Assembly: GCA_001798075.1 (NCBI GenBank)
Contig: MGRG01000005.1
Coordinates: 193,148-257,147, forward strand
Length of the DNA stretch: 64,000 bases
Origin: Deltaproteobacteria bacterium RIFCSPHIGHO2_01_FULL_43_49
GTDB lineage: Bacteria > UBA10199 > SPLOWO2-01-44-7
Direction: 5' to 3'
The notes beneath the pieces are model-generated. The model saw nothing but the letters and a program-made list of their open reading frames with translations, did no database searches and was not told where the DNA came from. Below, piece after piece: positions 1-9,896 of the stretch. Numbering within the stretch: the stretch's first letter is position 1; every line of letters starts with the position of its first letter. A program made the translations under genes and the position numbers.

Positions 1-414
1 GACGCCGACAGTGCCCCACCGGAAAGATAAAGAGCCTTAAACCCAACCTGTTTGGCTTGCATCCCAACCAACGGATTAAAAACCCCCGGCAGAACGAGCG
101 GCTTTTTCTTCAATAATTTCCAGAACGTTTGCGAATGCGACATAGATACATGACATATAGTAACAGGCACTATGTGTCAAAAACTTACAGTTCGGAGTGC
201 CCCTGCGAAAAACGCATTAGTACAATGATTGGAGCGAAGGGGTGACATAACATCGTAAGTTGAAAATGACGGGTGGTCGGCGAGACTGGTAGCCCGATCT
301 TTCGGGAGGGCGTGCAGCGAGCCGAGCAGGCCCTGTCATTTTCAACGAATATCAATAGAACCCCGAAGCTCCACTCCATTTTATTCAAGCATTTTTCGCA
401 AAGGTCGGAGAAGG

Positions 415-2028
415 CTACATGCGTTTTGGGATTTTTGTGTTTTGGGTTTTTGTGATCAATGTCCAATAGGTTTGGAACGGTTTTCCGTAGCCTTTCCATG
501 GATCAAAAAAGAGATGCCTAATGTCTGTTTTGGTTAGGTGCCCATCCAGAAGTCCGTAGTAGAGGTGATCGCCCAACATATAGCCAAGCCCGTGAGTAAC
601 GGTGAAAAACAGATCGGGCCTTTTTTGAAAAACATCCATATCACTAATGCCTTCCCCTCTTCGCTCCAACTTTTTGCACTGGTAGATCAACAACGCCGTC
701 TCGTATTCCAGATGTCTTTTGGAAACAGGAGCTACACTTTGGAAATAGCTGATCAGTTTATGATAATCCTTTTCATGATAACATTTTCTTTTGTGATTAA
801 TGATTTTAGATCCAAAAAACCCTAGGGCCTCATGTAACGTGTTGGCATAGAAAGCGTCAAAAGGATCCCTCGGTTTCTCTTCTCCGGAGCAAATGTGTTT
901 GATAAAGTGTGCTGCTTCTTCGGCGGCATGGTTTAGTGAAAGGTTAGATAGATAAACAAACTTCAGTTTGGGAATATAATAACTTTGGCTATGAATAATT
1001 TGATGTTTGATGTTTTGAATTTCTTCTGGCTTGAATCGCTTGCTTTCTTTAACCAATCTTAAAAAGGAAAGGTCGCCGGAGGTAAAAACCTCCACCTTCT
1101 CTTTTTCTCTCCCCAAATCAATTTTTAAAAAATTGCTGATACGATCGGCAATCTCTAAAAAACTATGTTTCGCATCATCATAATCAATTTCTCCTTCTTC
1201 ATGTTCCAGCCAATTAAGATAAGAGCGCTGGCACATAACGGGGGACGTTTGCATCCTGCAAAAACTTTTCGAATCAATTTGAACCACTTCGACTTGGTGC
1301 TCTAGCCCCTGACTTGCCAGTTTCCAGTAAATCGATTCGCTGTTTTGATACAAAATCAACTCTTTTTTGATCAGCCCCAATTCTTTAAGAGCGCGCTGCA
1401 CTTCTTTTGGAAGGTGGGGTGGAGCTATGTGCAAATCACCGATAAAAACAAAGATTTTTTTACCCGGATTCTGCTTGATCAATTTCGCCAGCAATTTAGC
1501 CGAGGCATAATCTCTAGAGCGAATGTTGGAGCCCTTTGGAGCCGCATCAATGCCAAAGACCTGCAGGTCATGATATTTCGCAAAATCAAAGATCGGTTTG
1601 AAATTTTCCCAGAGATCAAAGACCCAATGTTTTTTTAACCCCACCTTTTTCAAAAATGTATCTTCCGAGGCCCTCCCTTTTAGGAAGGCATCCAGGGCAT
1701 TCTGATTTTTGTGATGAAGGAGCTCCAAACCCAAGATGAAATTTTTGTTTTTTTTGACGACCCCCTTTAAAATTCTTAAAAGAGAGCGCTGGGACTGGTT
1801 GCAGGTATGATAATCCCCGACATAAATAATATCGGAGGTTAAGACGGCCTGCATCATTTCTTCGATCGACGCTACTTTTTGGTAGGAACTGACAGATCGT
1901 CTGTAGTTTTTTTCGTAGCGGTCAAAATCAGGTTCTTTAACGAGAATGGATTCATTGATAAGCCGTTGATTGCGCCGAAAAAGGGTTTTTTGAATATTAA
2001 GAAGCTCTTCTCGGGGACTTAAAACCAT
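415..2028 (-). CDS. ChaN/Tiki-like (haem-binding/erythromycin-esterase superfamily) domain protein with about 250-aa C-terminal extension of unknown function
   Basis: The N-terminal half carries GDYH, FGIDAAP and FIGDLHI motifs typical of the ChaN/TraB/Tiki fold. No signal peptide is present. The C-terminal half has no recognisable motifs. Confidence 0.45.
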   Translation of the reverse strand: MVLSPREELLNIQKTLFRRNQRLINESILVKEPDFDRYEKNYRRSVSSYQKVASIEEMMQAVLTSDIIYVGDYHTCNQSQRSLLRILKGVVKKNKNFILGLELLHHKNQNALDAFLKGRASEDTFLKKVGLKKHWVFDLWENFKPIFDFAKYHDLQVFGIDAAPKGSNIRSRDYASAKLLAKLIKQNPGKKIFVFIGDLHIAPPHLPKEVQRALKELGLIKKELILYQNSESIYWKLASQGLEHQVEVVQIDSKSFCRMQTSPVMCQRSYLNWLEHEEGEIDYDDAKHSFLEIADRISNFLKIDLGREKEKVEVFTSGDLSFLRLVKESKRFKPEEIQNIKHQIIHSQSYYIPKLKFVYLSNLSLNHAAEEAAHFIKHICSGEEKPRDPFDAFYANTLHEALGFFGSKIINHKRKCYHEKDYHKLISYFQSVAPVSKRHLEYETALLIYQCKKLERRGEGISDMDVFQKRPDLFFTVTHGLGYMLGDHLYYGLLDGHLTKTDIRHLFFDPWKGYGKPFQTYWTLITKTQNTKIPKRM

Positions 2029-2098
2029 AAGAGGGGCATTCTACATAAATTTCTCCCCACGACAATCATATCTGTTAGGCGATATCTAGAGGAGGGGG

Positions 2099-2587
2099 CT
2101 AAAAGCGATAGGCAACCTGGCCTATTGTTTGAAAATCCCACGTTGAGCTGGAGCCAGCCAAAACATGTAAAGATACATTGGGGCCAATGTAGATTCGGGG
2201 GGTTAACTCGTAAAAAAAGCCGAGTTCCGGAAGCATCAAATCAAACCAACCTTGGCCGCGTGAGTTAACAAGGGCGCCCATACCGGCTCCAGCGTAAGGG
2301 GTAAATTTAGGCCATTTTTTGAGATCGAAGTGATAACGAGCAAAGGGAACAAAGCTAAAGGAAGCCGGGCCCCTCAATAACGTATCGGCATTCAATCCAA
2401 AAGAGATCCTATCGTTCCAAAAATATTCACCGGTGAAGTCCAAATCGAAGCGAACAGGACTGCGCCAACCCATTCCAGCACCAGCGCTGAGCAAAAACTC
2501 CCCATCCCTTGTTTGGGCTTTTAATTCGGAAAAAGAAGAGAGGATCAAAGGCAAAAGAAGACAAAGTTTTAATATTTTTCGCGTCAT
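2099..2587 (-). CDS. small outer-membrane beta-barrel protein (OmpW/OmpA-like beta-barrel family)
   Basis: N-terminal signal peptide MTRKILKLCLLLPLILSSF. Alternating aromatic/Gly-rich beta-strand pattern. C-terminal aromatic residue (YRF). Directly downstream of metE on the same strand. Confidence 0.55.
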   Translation of the reverse strand: MTRKILKLCLLLPLILSSFSELKAQTRDGEFLLSAGAGMGWRSPVRFDLDFTGEYFWNDRISFGLNADTLLRGPASFSFVPFARYHFDLKKWPKFTPYAGAGMGALVNSRGQGWFDLMLPELGFFYELTPRIYIGPNVSLHVLAGSSSTWDFQTIGQVAYRF

Positions 2588-2603
2588 GACCCCCCGCTAT
2601 TTT

Positions 2604-4871
2604 TTATAGCGTTTTACGCACTTCTTTCACCGCTTCTACCATATTTTTCAATGCTGGTGTTACTTCTTTGTACCCTCTTGTTTTTAATCCGCAATCGGGA
2701 TTAATCCAAAGCTGATTTAATGGGACATGTTTTACCAGAAATTGGATCTGTTTTTCAAACTCTTCTTTTGTTGGAACCTTTTCGCTGTGAACATCATAGA
2801 CCCCCGGCCCCATTCCGTTTTGATAATGCATTTCGGCAAGTCCCTTAGCAAGTTTGCCTAAGCTTCTGGAATCTTCGATACTCAAAGAATCGGCGTCGAG
2901 AGCTTGGATCGATTCCAAAATATCGGAGAACTCAGAGTAGCACATATGGGTGTGAATTTGCGTTGTGTTGTTAACACCGCTCGAAGAGAGTTTAAAAGAG
3001 TCAACCGCCCATTTGAGATAATCGGCCCAATCTGATTTCCTCAAAGGTAAACCCTCTCGCAATGCCGGTTCATCGATTTGAATAACTTTTATGCCTGCTT
3101 TTTCCAAATCCGAAACTTCGTCTCGGAGTGCCACACCAATTTGCATGGCTGAAGTGCTCTTGGAGACATCAGCACGTGGAAAAGACCAGTTTACGATGGT
3201 TACAGGGCCGGTTAGCATTCCCTTCATCGGTTTTTTGGTAAAACTTTGAGCAATTTGGGCTTCTTTGACTGTCATCGGCTCTGGTCTGGAGATATCACCA
3301 TAGATCATTGGAGGTCTGATGCAACGGGTTCCATACGATTGAACCCAACCATTTTTGGTGAATTGAAAACCTTTGAGGCGTTCTGCAAAATACTCCACCA
3401 TGTCGGTCCGCTCTGGCTCGCCATGAACCAAGACATCGAGTCCAATTTCTTCTTGGAGTTTTACAACGCGCCCAATTTCTTCACGAATGAACTGCTCATA
3501 TTGAGATTGAGTCAACTCTCCTTTTTTCCATTTGGCTCTGGCTTGTCGGATCTCCTCGGTTTGCGGGAAACTCCCAATGGTTGTTGTGGGCAAAGCGGGA
3601 AGCCCCAAGTCTTTTTGTTGAACGACGTATCTATCTTTAAAGGAAAGCCCGCGTTTGAAATCTGCTGGTTTTAAGTTTTTCAAGCGTTCTTGGACTCCTT
3701 TATCGAGGGCAAAAGAGACGAATTCTTTATCGGTCCAGACGGCATCGTCCGCCTTCAATTCGGATTCAATGGCTTTTGCACCTAAATTGGCACACTTTGT
3801 GAGAATGCTAATTTCTTTTAGCCTTTCACTGGCAAAGGTCAGTCTCTTTTTCAAAACGGTTGGAATATGATCTTCTGTTTCCAATGAGACGGGGAGGTGT
3901 AGGAGGGAACAGCTGGGGTGGATCCATGCCTTGGAAAGATCCAACCACTTGCCCACCCCTTCTAAAGTCGTTGTCACCTCTCTTAAATGTGATCTCCAAA
4001 TGTTTCTTCCGTCAATCAAGCCTAGACCGATCCATTTTTCGGAAGGAACCCCCTTTTCTTTGAGGGCATTTAAGTTTTTCTTGCCGCGCACTAGATCAAG
4101 TCCCACCCCATCGACAGGGAGAGCAGTCAGCTGTGAGTAAATGTTGGCAACATCTCCAAAATAGGTTTGCAACATTATTTTTAAACTTTTCTTTTGGGAA
4201 GTGAGGGTCTCATAAGTTTTCTTTAACCAGCCCAATTCTTCTGTTGTAACATCCCCACACAAAGCCGGCTCATCGATTTGGAGCCACTGGCAGTTTGTTT
4301 GCGCTAATTCAGAAACGATTTTTTGGTAAACTCCAGCTAATTGCTGCAAGTTTTGATCAAAACTTTTATTATTTTTGGCCCGTGAGAGCTTCAAAAATGT
4401 AAAAGGTCCGATCAAAACAGGTCTAAAATTCTTGTTTGGAAATTTTGTAGTGGCCCATTGATAAAATAATGTCAGGCGATTTTCTTTGAGTGTAAAACCC
4501 TCTTCGATTTCTGGAACAATATAATGATAGTTGGTATCAAACCATTTTTTCATCTCACAAGCGGTGACGTCTTGAGTCCCTCTTGCCATGGCGTAATAGC
4601 GATTCCACCCTGAAAGATTTTGGAAACGCTTTGGCACCACCCCTAGCATCAGGGCCGTCTCGAGCATCAGATCATAAGCGCTGAAATCACCCAGAGGAAT
4701 AAAGTCGAGCCCCGCCTCAATTTGGGTGGCAAGATTATCCATGTGAATTTTTTCTAGGTCTTTGTGAAGTTGGTCTGCCGTGATTCCACCCTTCCAAAAA
4801 GACTCAATGATGCGTTTATACTCCCGATTTTTGCCGATCCTGGGAAAACCTAAATTAGTGCTGAGCGCCAT
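2604..4871 (-). CDS. metE: cobalamin-independent methionine synthase (5-methyltetrahydropteroyltriglutamate--homocysteine methyltransferase)
   Basis: 755 aa with a canonical MetE N-terminus (LGFPRIGKNREYKRIIESFWKG) and two-domain length. Duplicated UroD-like halves. Confidence 0.95.
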   Translation of the reverse strand: MALSTNLGFPRIGKNREYKRIIESFWKGGITADQLHKDLEKIHMDNLATQIEAGLDFIPLGDFSAYDLMLETALMLGVVPKRFQNLSGWNRYYAMARGTQDVTACEMKKWFDTNYHYIVPEIEEGFTLKENRLTLFYQWATTKFPNKNFRPVLIGPFTFLKLSRAKNNKSFDQNLQQLAGVYQKIVSELAQTNCQWLQIDEPALCGDVTTEELGWLKKTYETLTSQKKSLKIMLQTYFGDVANIYSQLTALPVDGVGLDLVRGKKNLNALKEKGVPSEKWIGLGLIDGRNIWRSHLREVTTTLEGVGKWLDLSKAWIHPSCSLLHLPVSLETEDHIPTVLKKRLTFASERLKEISILTKCANLGAKAIESELKADDAVWTDKEFVSFALDKGVQERLKNLKPADFKRGLSFKDRYVVQQKDLGLPALPTTTIGSFPQTEEIRQARAKWKKGELTQSQYEQFIREEIGRVVKLQEEIGLDVLVHGEPERTDMVEYFAERLKGFQFTKNGWVQSYGTRCIRPPMIYGDISRPEPMTVKEAQIAQSFTKKPMKGMLTGPVTIVNWSFPRADVSKSTSAMQIGVALRDEVSDLEKAGIKVIQIDEPALREGLPLRKSDWADYLKWAVDSFKLSSSGVNNTTQIHTHMCYSEFSDILESIQALDADSLSIEDSRSLGKLAKGLAEMHYQNGMGPGVYDVHSEKVPTKEEFEKQIQFLVKHVPLNQLWINPDCGLKTRGYKEVTPALKNMVEAVKEVRKTL

Positions 4872-5000
4872 ATAAAATACCCCTTTCTTATTTGGAGTTC
4901 ACTGAGTTAACAAATGAGTCTTAAGTGTCAAGAAGAACTACAGAGAGGGCTAGAAAATTGTTTACAAACCCTCACAGGGGTTATAAAGACCGTCGTATCG

Positions 5001-6029
5001 ATGAAAGCGGTTCAAATCCACCAACATGGTGGTCCGGAAGTTCTGAAATATGAAGAGGTAGCTGACCCCATCTGCGGCAGCGGGGATGTCTTGGTTCAAC
5101 TCAAAGCCGCTTCAATCAATCATCTTGATTTGTGGGTACGCCAAGGAATTCCCGGTTGGAAAGTAAGCCTTCCTTTGACCCCCGGTTGTGACGGGGCTGG
5201 GGTTGTGGCCGGCAAGGGGGAGTTGATCAAAGATTTGAATGTCGGCGATAAAGTTTTGGTCATTCCCAATGTGAGCTGTGGCAACTGCGAATATTGTGTG
5301 AATGGAGATGATAATCTTTGTCCTGAATATGGAATCGTGGGAGAAACCTGCAATGGTTGTGATGCCGAAATGATTGCCCTTCCACGACGCAATATCATCC
5401 CCATCCCAAAAGGGCTGACTTATGAAGAAGCAGCTGCCATTCCACTTGTTTTCATGACTGCCTGGCACATGTTGGTTACCAAAGCACAAGTCAAACCGGA
5501 GCAGTTCGTTTTAGTTTTAGCGGCAGGTTCTGGTGTCGGCTCGGCTGCGATTCAAATCGCAAAACTTCATGGTGCAAAAGTGATTGCCACTGCAGGAAAC
5601 GATGCCAAACTAGAAAAAGCGAAGGGATTGGGTGCCGATTTTCTCATCAATCATTATAAAGAGCCCATTTCGGAGATGGTCAAACAATACACCGAAAATC
5701 GTGGTGTCGATGTTGTGGTAGAACATGTCGGCAAAGCAACATGGGAAGAAAGTTTAAAAAGTCTCGCAAAAGGCGGAAAAATCGTAACGTGTGGGGCGAC
5801 AACCGGATCAGAGGTTAGCATCAATTTAAATTACATTTTTTATAAACACCAGCAGATTATCGGCTCGACGATGTCGACGCGAGGTGAATTATTTGAGATT
5901 TTAAATTTTGTTCGTCAGAAAAAACTCAAACCGGTTATCGATAAAGAATTTATGCTCAAAGAAGTGGCCGATGCCCATCGCTATGTCGCCGAAGGCAAGC
6001 AATTCGGAAAAGTAATCCTCACCATTTAG
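5001..6029 (+). CDS. zinc-dependent medium-chain dehydrogenase/reductase (alcohol dehydrogenase/quinone oxidoreductase family)
   Basis: The MKAVQIHQHGGPEVL start is typical of MDR enzymes. Structural-zinc Cys cluster CGNCEYCVNGDDNLC. Rossmann motif AGSGVGSAAIQ. The ORF track extends to 4914 but the upstream part is probably not translated. Confidence 0.85.
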   Translation: MKAVQIHQHGGPEVLKYEEVADPICGSGDVLVQLKAASINHLDLWVRQGIPGWKVSLPLTPGCDGAGVVAGKGELIKDLNVGDKVLVIPNVSCGNCEYCVNGDDNLCPEYGIVGETCNGCDAEMIALPRRNIIPIPKGLTYEEAAAIPLVFMTAWHMLVTKAQVKPEQFVLVLAAGSGVGSAAIQIAKLHGAKVIATAGNDAKLEKAKGLGADFLINHYKEPISEMVKQYTENRGVDVVVEHVGKATWEESLKSLAKGGKIVTCGATTGSEVSINLNYIFYKHQQIIGSTMSTRGELFEILNFVRQKKLKPVIDKEFMLKEVADAHRYVAEGKQFGKVILTI

Positions 6030-6032
6030 TTT

Positions 6033-7259
6033 ATGGGAGCACCCATCAAAAAACGCAAAAGTTTTCCAGTCAAGATCGGTAGAGTGACTATGGGAGGAGG
6101 CCAACCTGTTGTCATCCAATCGATGACCAACACCGACACCGCTGATATTGAAAAATCGGTACAGCAGACGATGGAACTCTCTGATGCCGGCTCCGAACTG
6201 GTGCGACTCACTGTCAATGTCGATGCGGCCGCCCAGGCCATTCCTCACATTAAAGAAAAAATTCTGGCGAAGGGTTATACCACTCCCATCATTGGGGATT
6301 TTCATTATAATGGCCATACACTTCTCACTAAATATCCTGAGTGCGCTGAGGCTCTCGATAAATATCGAATCAATCCTGGCAATGTCGGTTTTGGAGAGAC
6401 CCACGACAAAAATTTCAAACAGATGATTGAAGTCGCATTGAAACACAACAAGCCGGTTCGAATTGGTGTCAACTGGGGCTCACTCGATCAAACCATTTTA
6501 AATCGAATGATGGATGAAAATGGGCGTTCGGCCAATCCCAAATCAGCAGAGGAGGTAACCATCGATGCGATGGTGGAGTCAGCCTTATCTTCTGCGGCAA
6601 TGGCCCGTGAATATGGAATGAGGCCGGAAAAAATCGTCATCAGTGTAAAGATGAGTCATGTGCAAGATGTGATCAAGGCTTATACGATACTAGCCTCAAA
6701 GTGTGAGTATGCACTGCACGTTGGTTTAACAGAAGCGGGCATGGGGCTCAAGGGAGCCGTTTCTTCGACGGCGGCTTTGGCCAATTTGCTTCAGCAAGGA
6801 ATTGGTGACACCATTCGAGTTTCTCTGACCCCGGCACCCGGTGGTGCACGTACAGAGGAAGTTTTAATCTGTCAGCATATTTTGCAATCACTTGGGATGC
6901 GCCAATTTCAACCCTCCGTTACAGCGTGCCCTGGTTGTGGTCGGACAACCAACACTCTTTTTCAAGAAATGTCTCAAGATATGGAAAATTTTTTCCGCGA
7001 AAAACTCCCCGAATGGCAGAAAAAAGGCTACATTGGAGTTGAGTCTCTAAAAATCGCCGTGATGGGTTGCATTGTGAATGGCCCCGGAGAATCAAAAGTT
7101 GCTGATATCGGTATTAGTCTTCCCGGCACCGGTGAAAACCCAAAAGCCCCTGTCTTTGTGGATGGCAAAAAAGTCACCACCCTCGAAGGCCCCCAAATGA
7201 TGACTCATTTCAAAAAGTTAGTCGAAGATTACGTTAACCAGAAATTTGGTTCCCACTAG
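6033..7259 (+). CDS. ispG: 4-hydroxy-3-methylbut-2-en-1-yl diphosphate synthase (flavodoxin)
   Basis: VKIGRVTMGGGQPVVIQSMTNTDT. TIM-barrel plus 4Fe-4S domain with Cys residues CPGCGRT ... CIVNGPGE. Confidence 0.95.
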   Translation: MGAPIKKRKSFPVKIGRVTMGGGQPVVIQSMTNTDTADIEKSVQQTMELSDAGSELVRLTVNVDAAAQAIPHIKEKILAKGYTTPIIGDFHYNGHTLLTKYPECAEALDKYRINPGNVGFGETHDKNFKQMIEVALKHNKPVRIGVNWGSLDQTILNRMMDENGRSANPKSAEEVTIDAMVESALSSAAMAREYGMRPEKIVISVKMSHVQDVIKAYTILASKCEYALHVGLTEAGMGLKGAVSSTAALANLLQQGIGDTIRVSLTPAPGGARTEEVLICQHILQSLGMRQFQPSVTACPGCGRTTNTLFQEMSQDMENFFREKLPEWQKKGYIGVESLKIAVMGCIVNGPGESKVADIGISLPGTGENPKAPVFVDGKKVTTLEGPQMMTHFKKLVEDYVNQKFGSH

Positions 7260-7297
7260 CAACTTTTTTTGAAATCTACCGAAGCATTTCATAGAGT

Positions 7298-8341
7298 ATG
7301 AGAGTCATTATCTTTGGTTTAACATCAGATCAAAGTTTCATTTTAGCGCAAGCTGCACATAACCTCTCCACTTTTCCATTGGGTTCTTTGATGGAAAAAG
7401 GAGCAGATGCTGGCTTGGGCTTTATTCTCGGTCCTCTCGCATACGCCGAAATTCCCAGAATGGATGAAGGCTATTTGTTAAATGCAGGAAAAGAGCTTGC
7501 TGCCTTAGTCAGAGGCGAGCCGAGTTTACAAAAAGCCATTTTAAAGAGAGACGAGTTGGTCGCCAGCATTAATGACATAGCTCTTTTGCCAGATTCAGCA
7601 CAACTCGAGCAAGGAATGGTTGAGCATGCCTGGATGAAAAACCCAGAAGGGAGAGCCCTTTATCTTCATGAACATCCAGAAGAGGGAACAGATTTTGATG
7701 TAAAAAAACTCGTGGAATATACAAAACGAGCAGAGAAAAAAGGGGAAAGTAGTGAGCTATTTATGCAGGCCCTTTATTTCATTGGGATCAGGCATCCCGA
7801 TCCAGATAGAAAGCAGTTTGCACAAGTTGAGTTTGCATCTGTCCAGGCAGCGCGCAGACAAGCCCTTTTTGAAATGGGTTCTCTAAAATTAGATCTCAAA
7901 GAACTTTGGACAAGATTAAATGAAGTTGTCGCTAGGAGAGAAGTTGATTTGGCCTTCGACATTATTCGTTTGATATGGGCCAAAAATTGTGGAGAAAATG
8001 TACGTGAAAAACTATCTCATCACGTATCTCCCATGATACGTGGAGCCTATATCATGGTTGTGATGCAATCTGATAATAACAAGACAAGCCTAGAAGAACT
8101 GTGGAAAAAACAAGAACCGCTTATCGATAGAGATCTCAAAAATTCCAGTGGTGACATTCGATGTGATGCCCTTTCCGAATTGACAGCATTTGCAGCGCTT
8201 GGTTTGCGAGCGGCTTGGTTAAAGTTAGGCGCGTTGGCCAAAAACCCTGATGACCCGTTAGTCCAAGAAGAATCAATAGGGGCGTTAGAGTTATTGCGGC
8301 AACGGGCAGCACTTAGAGCTGAAAGAGCCAACGTAGCCTGA
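7298..8341 (+). CDS. hypothetical protein, member A of a paralogous family (shares N-terminal roughly 110 aa with 14297..15016)
   Basis: ORF with consistent codon usage. By-eye alignment to the 14297 ORF: NLSTFPLGSLMEKGADAGLGFILGPLAYAEI versus NLLAVDLSTLVADGNEAGLAFALAPAADVYG. No known domain recognised. Confidence 0.6.
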   Translation: MRVIIFGLTSDQSFILAQAAHNLSTFPLGSLMEKGADAGLGFILGPLAYAEIPRMDEGYLLNAGKELAALVRGEPSLQKAILKRDELVASINDIALLPDSAQLEQGMVEHAWMKNPEGRALYLHEHPEEGTDFDVKKLVEYTKRAEKKGESSELFMQALYFIGIRHPDPDRKQFAQVEFASVQAARRQALFEMGSLKLDLKELWTRLNEVVARREVDLAFDIIRLIWAKNCGENVREKLSHHVSPMIRGAYIMVVMQSDNNKTSLEELWKKQEPLIDRDLKNSSGDIRCDALSELTAFAALGLRAAWLKLGALAKNPDDPLVQEESIGALELLRQRAALRAERANVA

Positions 8342-8342
8342 A

Positions 8343-9104
8343 TTACCTTCCCTTAAACTCTGGTTTTCTTTTTTCGAGGAAGGCTCTCATTCCTTCTTTT
8401 TGATCTTGGGTGTCGAAGAGTTCGAAGCAGAGGCGGCGCTCTTCTTTAAGGCCTTGAGCTAATGGAAGTTCAAAAGATTTTAGAATAGCTTGTTTGGCGT
8501 GTGCAACTGCAATAGATCCTTTTTCAGAAATTTTTAAGGCCAACTTTTTGGCTTCGTTTAGATATTCAGCCGCCGGTGTTACTTTGCCAACAAGGCCTGC
8601 TTCAAAGGCTTCTTTGGCGGAGTAAATATTTCCTGTCAAAATCCACTCCATCGCCTTCGATTTTCCAATGAGGTGGGTCAGTCTTTGTGTCCCTCCGGCC
8701 CCCGGAATAATTCCTACATTGATTTCTGGCTGACCAAATTTGGCTGTTTCGGAGGCCACAATCATGTCGCACATCATGGCCAACTCACAGCCTCCACCAA
8801 GACAAAAACCGGAAACGGCCGCAATGATCGGCTTTTTAACATTAGAAATTCTGTCCCATATGGCCAAAGGGTCTTTGGCCAAAAGCTCTTTTGCAGTATG
8901 TGAAACCATCCACTTGAGGTCAGCCCCTGCTGCAAAGGCCTTGTCACTGCCAGTCAAAACAATGCAGCGAATTTTTTCATCGCGATCCAATTCCTCCAGG
9001 GCTGAGACCAATTCCTTCATCAACTCTGGACTTAAGGCATTCAGGGCCTCAGGTCGGTTGAGTTGGACAACAGCAATGGGCTCTTCACGATGTACAAGAA
9101 TCAT
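8343..9104 (-). CDS. enoyl-CoA hydratase/isomerase (crotonase family)
   Basis: LNRPEALNALS ... LTGSDKAFAAGADLKWM. Crotonase-fold oxyanion-hole motifs. Confidence 0.9.
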   Translation of the reverse strand: MILVHREEPIAVVQLNRPEALNALSPELMKELVSALEELDRDEKIRCIVLTGSDKAFAAGADLKWMVSHTAKELLAKDPLAIWDRISNVKKPIIAAVSGFCLGGGCELAMMCDMIVASETAKFGQPEINVGIIPGAGGTQRLTHLIGKSKAMEWILTGNIYSAKEAFEAGLVGKVTPAAEYLNEAKKLALKISEKGSIAVAHAKQAILKSFELPLAQGLKEERRLCFELFDTQDQKEGMRAFLEKRKPEFKGR

Positions 9105-9162
9105 GTCACCTACTTAACAAAAGCCATTGAGATTATCAATTTGACAATTACTTAATTTTTAG

Positions 9163-9248
9163 ATGATGGGTGGCCCGCAGTGTTTCTGTGGGGTTTAGTT
9201 AGGGGCCCCCACAGAAATACGGAGGGGCAGGACCCGTCATCTAAAAAT
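9163..9248. repeat. copy 1 of an 85-bp imperfect palindromic extragenic repeat family (orientation A)
   Basis: gggtggcccgcagtgtttctgtggggtttagttaggggcccccacagaaatacggaggggcaggacccgtcatc. Reverse complement of the copies at 12974 and 29320. Confidence 0.85.
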
Positions 9249-9251
9249 TAT

Positions 9252-9896
9252 ATGAAACCACGTTTTGTACGCATTGCTCGTGAGTTTATTCATCACCTCC
9301 CTTATTCCGCCGTGGGAGTTGCAGCGAGTTTAGGTATTCTTTTAGGTCTAGAAAAAATGGGTTGGGATAAAAACCCCGTTTTTTCTTTTCATGTCACCCA
9401 TCCCACACATATTTTTTTAAGCGCTATTGTGACCACCGCCATGTTTTGGAAGTATGAGCGCAAATTACTCAAGGCGGTATTCATTGGTTTTGTAGGAGTC
9501 ATTCCCATTTGTTCCATCAGCGATGTTTTCATGCCTTACTTGGGCGGATTACTTTTAAAAACACCCGTTCAGTTTCATCTCTGCGCGATTCAAGAACCTT
9601 GGCTTGTTTATCCCGCCTGTTTTTTGGGAATTTTGGGCGGACTTACCCTTTTGAAGTGGATCGAGAAGTTAACTGAATTTTGTCATCTAGCGCACGTCAT
9701 GGTGAGCTCACTAGCCTCTATATTGTATCTGATCTCCTTCGATATTTCTTTGTGGCATGTTTCTATGTTAGCCATCTTTGGAATTACTCTTTTGTCTGTT
9801 TGGATTCCTTGTTGTTTGAGTGATATCGCTTTTCCCTTAGCACTTGTCGAAGAGGGTCATGCACCTTGTTGCGGTCATCACCCCCATTCCTTCTAA
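9252..9896 (+). CDS. hypothetical integral membrane protein
   Basis: Multiple hydrophobic helices. The ORF-track start at 9180 lies inside the palindromic repeat, so the start was moved to the first ATG downstream (MKPRFVRIAREF). Confidence 0.5.
   Translation: MKPRFVRIAREFIHHLPYSAVGVAASLGILLGLEKMGWDKNPVFSFHVTHPTHIFLSAIVTTAMFWKYERKLLKAVFIGFVGVIPICSISDVFMPYLGGLLLKTPVQFHLCAIQEPWLVYPACFLGILGGLTLLKWIEKLTEFCHLAHVMVSSLASILYLISFDISLWHVSMLAIFGITLLSVWIPCCLSDIAFPLALVEEGHAPCCGHHPHSF

Noticed and set aside
3-125. Open frame 3 from the window edge to about 125 on the plus strand (RRQCPTGKIKSLKPNLFGLHPNQRIKNPRQNERLFLQ)
   Set aside because: It could be the C-terminal tail of a gene starting left of the window, but at 36 aa with no motif it cannot be supported.
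230-360. tmRNA or RNase P RNA at the left edge (ggggtgacat... start)
   Set aside because: No tag-peptide reading frame ending in AA-stop. No T-arm/CCA 3' end. No P4 consensus. Similarity limited to a GGGG start.
185-499. ORFs 185..499 (minus strand) and 273..455 (plus strand) at the left edge
   Set aside because: They are mutually antisense and lie over a GC-rich hairpin element and the 3' end of the ChaN-like gene. No motif and no RBS context. Treated as non-coding.
9180-9251. N-terminal 24 codons of ORF 9180..9896, and ORF 29193..29426
   Set aside because: Both are translations of the 85-bp palindromic repeat (..WGLVRGPHRNTE.. appears in both). The real CDS starts downstream, or none exists.
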